From Candidatus Poribacteria bacterium (GTDB taxonomy: Bacteria > Poribacteria > WGA-4E > WGA-3G): a stretch of DNA of 64,000 bases. Position numbers and translations under genes: made by a program. The notes under the pieces were generated by a model that worked only from the letters and a program-made list of their open reading frames with translations, made no database searches and was not told the origin of the DNA. The stretch spans positions 461,446-525,445 of the forward strand of contig CBDHCS010000006.1 in NCBI GenBank assembly GCA_965261125.1, in the 5' to 3' direction. Below, piece by piece: positions 60,912 through 64,000 of the stretch (positions within the stretch are counted from its first letter, which is position 1; every line of letters starts with the position of its first letter).

Positions 60912-61274
60912 ATGCTACGGATTGAAATTCAATCGCCCGCTCTTGAAAAAGAGGTTAATGCTTTGATCGGGGTTGGGCTTTACCCTGATTCCCACACCTT
61001 GATCGTTGATGCCCTTGAGAAACTGGTACATAATAAAAAGAAGTCCCGCCTTGATGCTGCAATTCAACTCTATCAAGCCGGAGAAGTAACACTTGGCAGA
61101 GCATCGGAGCTTGCGGGGATGCACCGTTTCGAGTTTGAATCGGTTTTAAAAGCGAGAGGTATCTTGAAAATTGTTGAAGTCGGCTCGGTAGAGAAATTGA
61201 AGGAAGGTGTTTCGCTTATCAAAAGTTTTCACAGAGAAAATAGCAAAAACGCGGTAAGTTGTCACCGAAATTGA
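60912..61274 (+). CDS. UPF0175-family (antitoxin-like) protein, orphan
   Basis: ...AIQLYQAGEVTLGRASELAGMHRFEFESVLKARGI matches the UPF0175 signature (LY..G..SLG.AAELAGM....F...L...GI). No DUF3368/PIN partner ORF is downstream. Confidence 0.55.
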   Translation: MLRIEIQSPALEKEVNALIGVGLYPDSHTLIVDALEKLVHNKKKSRLDAAIQLYQAGEVTLGRASELAGMHRFEFESVLKARGILKIVEVGSVEKLKEGVSLIKSFHRENSKNAVSCHRN

Positions 61275-61726
61275 GATAAAAGATTCTCTCAAATTCCGAT
61301 CTCCCGACACAATTTTTAGATAAACCTAAATGGAATACCTGAATTTAAAGAACTACAGCATATTTCATAAATACTACATCAACATACGTAGACCTGCAAG
61401 CAGCACGAAACCTAAATAGTTTCAGTCTGATATTCCCACTGCACCCCAAACACCGGAAGTCTTCACACTAACTGAAAAACGTTCCGCTTTGAATCGGCAT
61501 CTACGATGTCCATCCTATGTTGCTGGACGCTTTGCGATTCTTTTTATGAAGTGCTACCATTTCGGTAAATCCCACGCACGTCTTAGGAAATTTGGTCAAA
61601 GCGGTTCAATGATTTCCCATCCTTTATCGCCAGTTCCATTCAAATCATCTCCTAACTATAACAGAATGATTCATAATTAAAAGACAATTTGTTGTGGTCC
61701 TTCCGTTCATTGCGCTATTTTTTAAT

Positions 61727-61859
61727 CAGGACTTACGCATTCCCCCCGCTTGCGGGGGGATAAAGGGGGGTAAAACCTTGAAAAGGACAAAAAATCAGGG
61801 TTAATATCCGTGAAAGGACAAAATTCTAAACAGGGATACTTGAATTTGCGTAAGTCCTG
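61727..61859. repeat. MITE family C copy (133 bp)
   Basis: Near-identical to 41770-41902. TIRs caggacttacgca / tgcgtaagtcctg, with TTAAT-like flanks. Confidence 0.65.
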
Positions 61860-61978
61860 TTAATAATTAATGTCTATGAATTATGGACTTAACTTGTATG
61901 TAACATTTGCAATAGAAGTAACGTATTTTTTTAAACAATCGTAATTTTCCAGGTATCTATTACGAGAATTTTTCCATT

Positions 61979-62141
61979 ATTATAACCTAAGTTGCCACTT
62001 ATGTAGCATAATCTGTTAGATTGTGCATCTTAGTCCGCAAACTAACAGTTTGCTCTACAATATTTCACCTATAAAGAACTATTCTCTATAAAAAACGGTG
62101 TCTGTGTATTTAAATCTTATAGGTAGCAATTTGGGTTATTA
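61979..62141. repeat. MITE family A copy
   Basis: TIRs tataacctaagttgccac / gtagcaatttgggttat. The interior is shared with the 25148 copy. Confidence 0.6.
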
Positions 62142-62200
62142 TATAAAAAGTTACCATGAAGCAATAATGCTTTAATAAAGGTATAAAAGGGGTTAATAGA

Positions 62201-63181
62201 GTGGATAAATATTTTTTAAAAAAGAGTTTATATTTTTTCGGACTATTGCTGTTTATATTTGCTGTTGGATGTCAAAACGACAAAACAGAAGACATCACAA
62301 ATGTCAAGTCTACGGTTGAAAAGAAACTTAACGTCGTCGCCACAATTAGCATGATTACTGATATTGTCTATAACGTTGGCGGGGATAGGATTGATGTTGC
62401 TGGAATTATCGGTGAAGGGGTTGACCCACACCTCTATAAACCGACAGCAAGAGACGCTAAACGGCTGAAGGAAGCGGATATTATTTTCTATAACGGCTTA
62501 AATCTTGAAGTCAGAATTACAGGCACCGTCCTTGATAAAATGAAGGATAAAACGAAAGCTGTTGCCGTTACGGATGGGATTGATCGATCACGCCTTCGGG
62601 AAGCGTCTGAATTTTTGGGTGGATATGATCCGCATGTGTGGCATGATGTGTCGCTCTGGATGAAAGCGTCTGAAAGGGTTCGCGATACATTAACACAAGT
62701 CGACCCTAACAACGCTGAATATTATCGTTCTAATGCGAAGAATTATTTGGCGAAGCTGCAAACTTTGCATGATGACATGCAAATACTCACCACACAGATA
62801 CCTGCTAAACGCAGAGTTTTGGTCACAACACATGATGCGTTTGGCTACCTTGGAAAGGCTTACGGTTTTGAGGTGCGCGGACTCATGGGGATAAACACAG
62901 AAGACGAGGTAGGCATCACTGATGTCAGAGAACTTGCTAAGTTTATCATTGAACATAAAATCTCAACGATATTTGTTGAAACCTCCGCAGCGCCACAAGG
63001 TATCTATGCGGTTCAAGCGGCTGTTAAGGCGAAGGGCTTTAATGTTAAAATCGGTGGCAATTTATTTGCTGATGCAATGGGAACTCCCGGGACACCTGAA
63101 GGAACATATCTCGGGATGATGCGCTATAATATTGATACTATTGTGAATTCGCTTCAAACGGAGTTAGCTTATCAGGAGTAG
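62201..63181 (+). CDS. metal ABC transporter substrate-binding protein (ZnuA/TroA family)
   Basis: Lipoprotein-type N-terminus with Cys (FAVGCQN). Metal-binding His motifs DPHLY... and DPHVWHDVSLW are typical of cluster A-I SBPs. Confidence 0.8.
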   Translation: MDKYFLKKSLYFFGLLLFIFAVGCQNDKTEDITNVKSTVEKKLNVVATISMITDIVYNVGGDRIDVAGIIGEGVDPHLYKPTARDAKRLKEADIIFYNGLNLEVRITGTVLDKMKDKTKAVAVTDGIDRSRLREASEFLGGYDPHVWHDVSLWMKASERVRDTLTQVDPNNAEYYRSNAKNYLAKLQTLHDDMQILTTQIPAKRRVLVTTHDAFGYLGKAYGFEVRGLMGINTEDEVGITDVRELAKFIIEHKISTIFVETSAAPQGIYAVQAAVKAKGFNVKIGGNLFADAMGTPGTPEGTYLGMMRYNIDTIVNSLQTELAYQE

Positions 63182-63221
63182 TGAAGATGTGAAGTATGAT
63201 AGGTTATAGTAAAGCAATCTG

Positions 63222-63255
63222 TTTTGTAAGGCGGGGCTTTGTGCCTCGCCTTTTT
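63222..63255 (+). terminator. rho-independent terminator after the SBP gene
   Basis: ggcgggg-ctttgtg-cctcgcc stem-loop (one mismatch) followed by TTTTTT. Confidence 0.5.
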
Positions 63256-63442
63256 TGATTAACATACACGTGTTTGTAGTCATACAATTCATAAACTGTT
63301 ATGGCAAGCGGAGCGTGCCTACTACTTTTAACGCAATATGCCATCTTTTTCGTTGACAGATTTGGACAAATAAGGTATACTGCTTTTATACAGATAAACA
63401 TTTTTGGCGTTATACGAATACTATTATGGAGGAGATTATTTA

Positions 63443-64000
63443 ATGACAACATGGTTTAAACGTAATTTGCAGATTTCATTTACTATTGGGGTTATGATTT
63501 TAGCCCTATGCATCATAACCTTTACAGAGAGAACTGAATCGCAGGATGCTGCGGCAACTTATGAAATAGACGTAGTGCATTCATCCGTATTGTTCCGCGC
63601 AAAACACCTGGGAGTTACATATTTCTATGGGCGATTCAACGAATTCTCCGGTAATATTACGATGGACGAAACTGATGTATCCAAAAGTAAAGTTGAATTA
63701 GAAGTAAAAACTGCAAGTGTTGATACTGCCAATGAAACACGTGACAAACATCTGAGAAACCCTGACTTTTTCGATGCCAAGCAGTTTCCTATAATCACCT
63801 TCAAAAGCACAAAGGTGAGTGCAAAGGCAGGACAAGAGAATATATTGGAGGTTACAGGTGATTTTGAATTACATGGTGTAAAAAAATCTATCACTATTGA
63901 TGTTGAAATTACGGGAAAAGGAAAACATCCACAAGTTGGAGAATTGATCGGTTTTGAAACAACGTTTGGAATCAAGCGCAGCGAATACGGCATGACCTAC
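63443..64000 (+). CDS. YceI-like domain protein (partial, continues past window end)
   Basis: Signal peptide, then YEIDVVHSSVLFRAKHLGVTYFYGRF...ETRDKHLRNPDFFDAKQFP, typical of the YceI family. The ATG at 63443 is preceded by ggagg. The minus-strand ORF 63625..63993 in the track is its antisense shadow. Confidence 0.75.
   Translation, partial: MTTWFKRNLQISFTIGVMILALCIITFTERTESQDAAATYEIDVVHSSVLFRAKHLGVTYFYGRFNEFSGNITMDETDVSKSKVELEVKTASVDTANETRDKHLRNPDFFDAKQFPIITFKSTKVSAKAGQENILEVTGDFELHGVKKSITIDVEITGKGKHPQVGELIGFETTFGIKRSEYGMTY

Noticed and set aside
61489-61680. 63-aa ORF downstream of the UPF0175 gene (possible toxin partner?)
   Set aside because: The sequence MNRHLRCPSYVAGRF... has no PIN/DUF3368 or other toxin-like motifs and no RBS, so it is most likely non-coding.
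63625-63993. 122-aa minus-strand ORF from the track
   Set aside because: It is the antisense shadow of a clear plus-strand YceI-family gene (63443 to beyond 64000) with RBS and signal peptide.

Overview
This 64-kb window is bacterial chromosome with PVC/Planctomycetota-like gene content, about 45% GC by eye. Organism assignment is a low-confidence inference from gene content: a PSCyt/DUF1549/DUF1553 'PSD1' protein, an FGly-type sulfatase, four Gfo/Idh/MocA oxidoreductases and a sigma-54 activator. Core genes present are an RpoD-like sigma factor, RecQ, RsmI, TsaE, LarC, ABC transporters, and tRNA-Thr and tRNA-Phe.

The window carries an unusually heavy load of mobile and repetitive DNA:
- a dead IS630-family element (TGG->TGA nonsense in orfA plus a MITE inserted into the transposase gene);
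- an IS1595-family transposase;
- a solo TnpB (IS605/IS1341-like) with hairpin-rich ends that could encode an omega-RNA;
- at least three MITE families with terminal inverted repeats and target-site duplications, an IS630-derived MITE, and solo TIR remnants.

The most unusual locus is a 12-kb run of about 12 genes, all on the minus strand, at 26.6-38.7 kb. It encodes signal-peptide paralogs of two families, five of which end in the same extreme C-terminal tail ...(L)TTTWGxLK(R). It also holds a CarboxypepD_reg-repeat protein, a DUF1573-like protein, a HicB-like gene, and an STT3/AglB-type oligosaccharyltransferase gene. The OST gene has the diagnostic WWDYG motif but is split by one frameshift and one in-frame TAG. 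Several paralogs in the same cluster are also frameshifted.

A second notable locus is a tandem pair of nucleotidyltransferase-HEPN fusion paralogs at 44.1-46.0 kb, directly downstream of two orphan oligopeptide-ABC ATPases. Orphan antitoxin-like genes (UPF0175 and HicB-like) and a sigma-54 activator without a sensory domain are also present. No CRISPR array, rRNA or prophage was seen.
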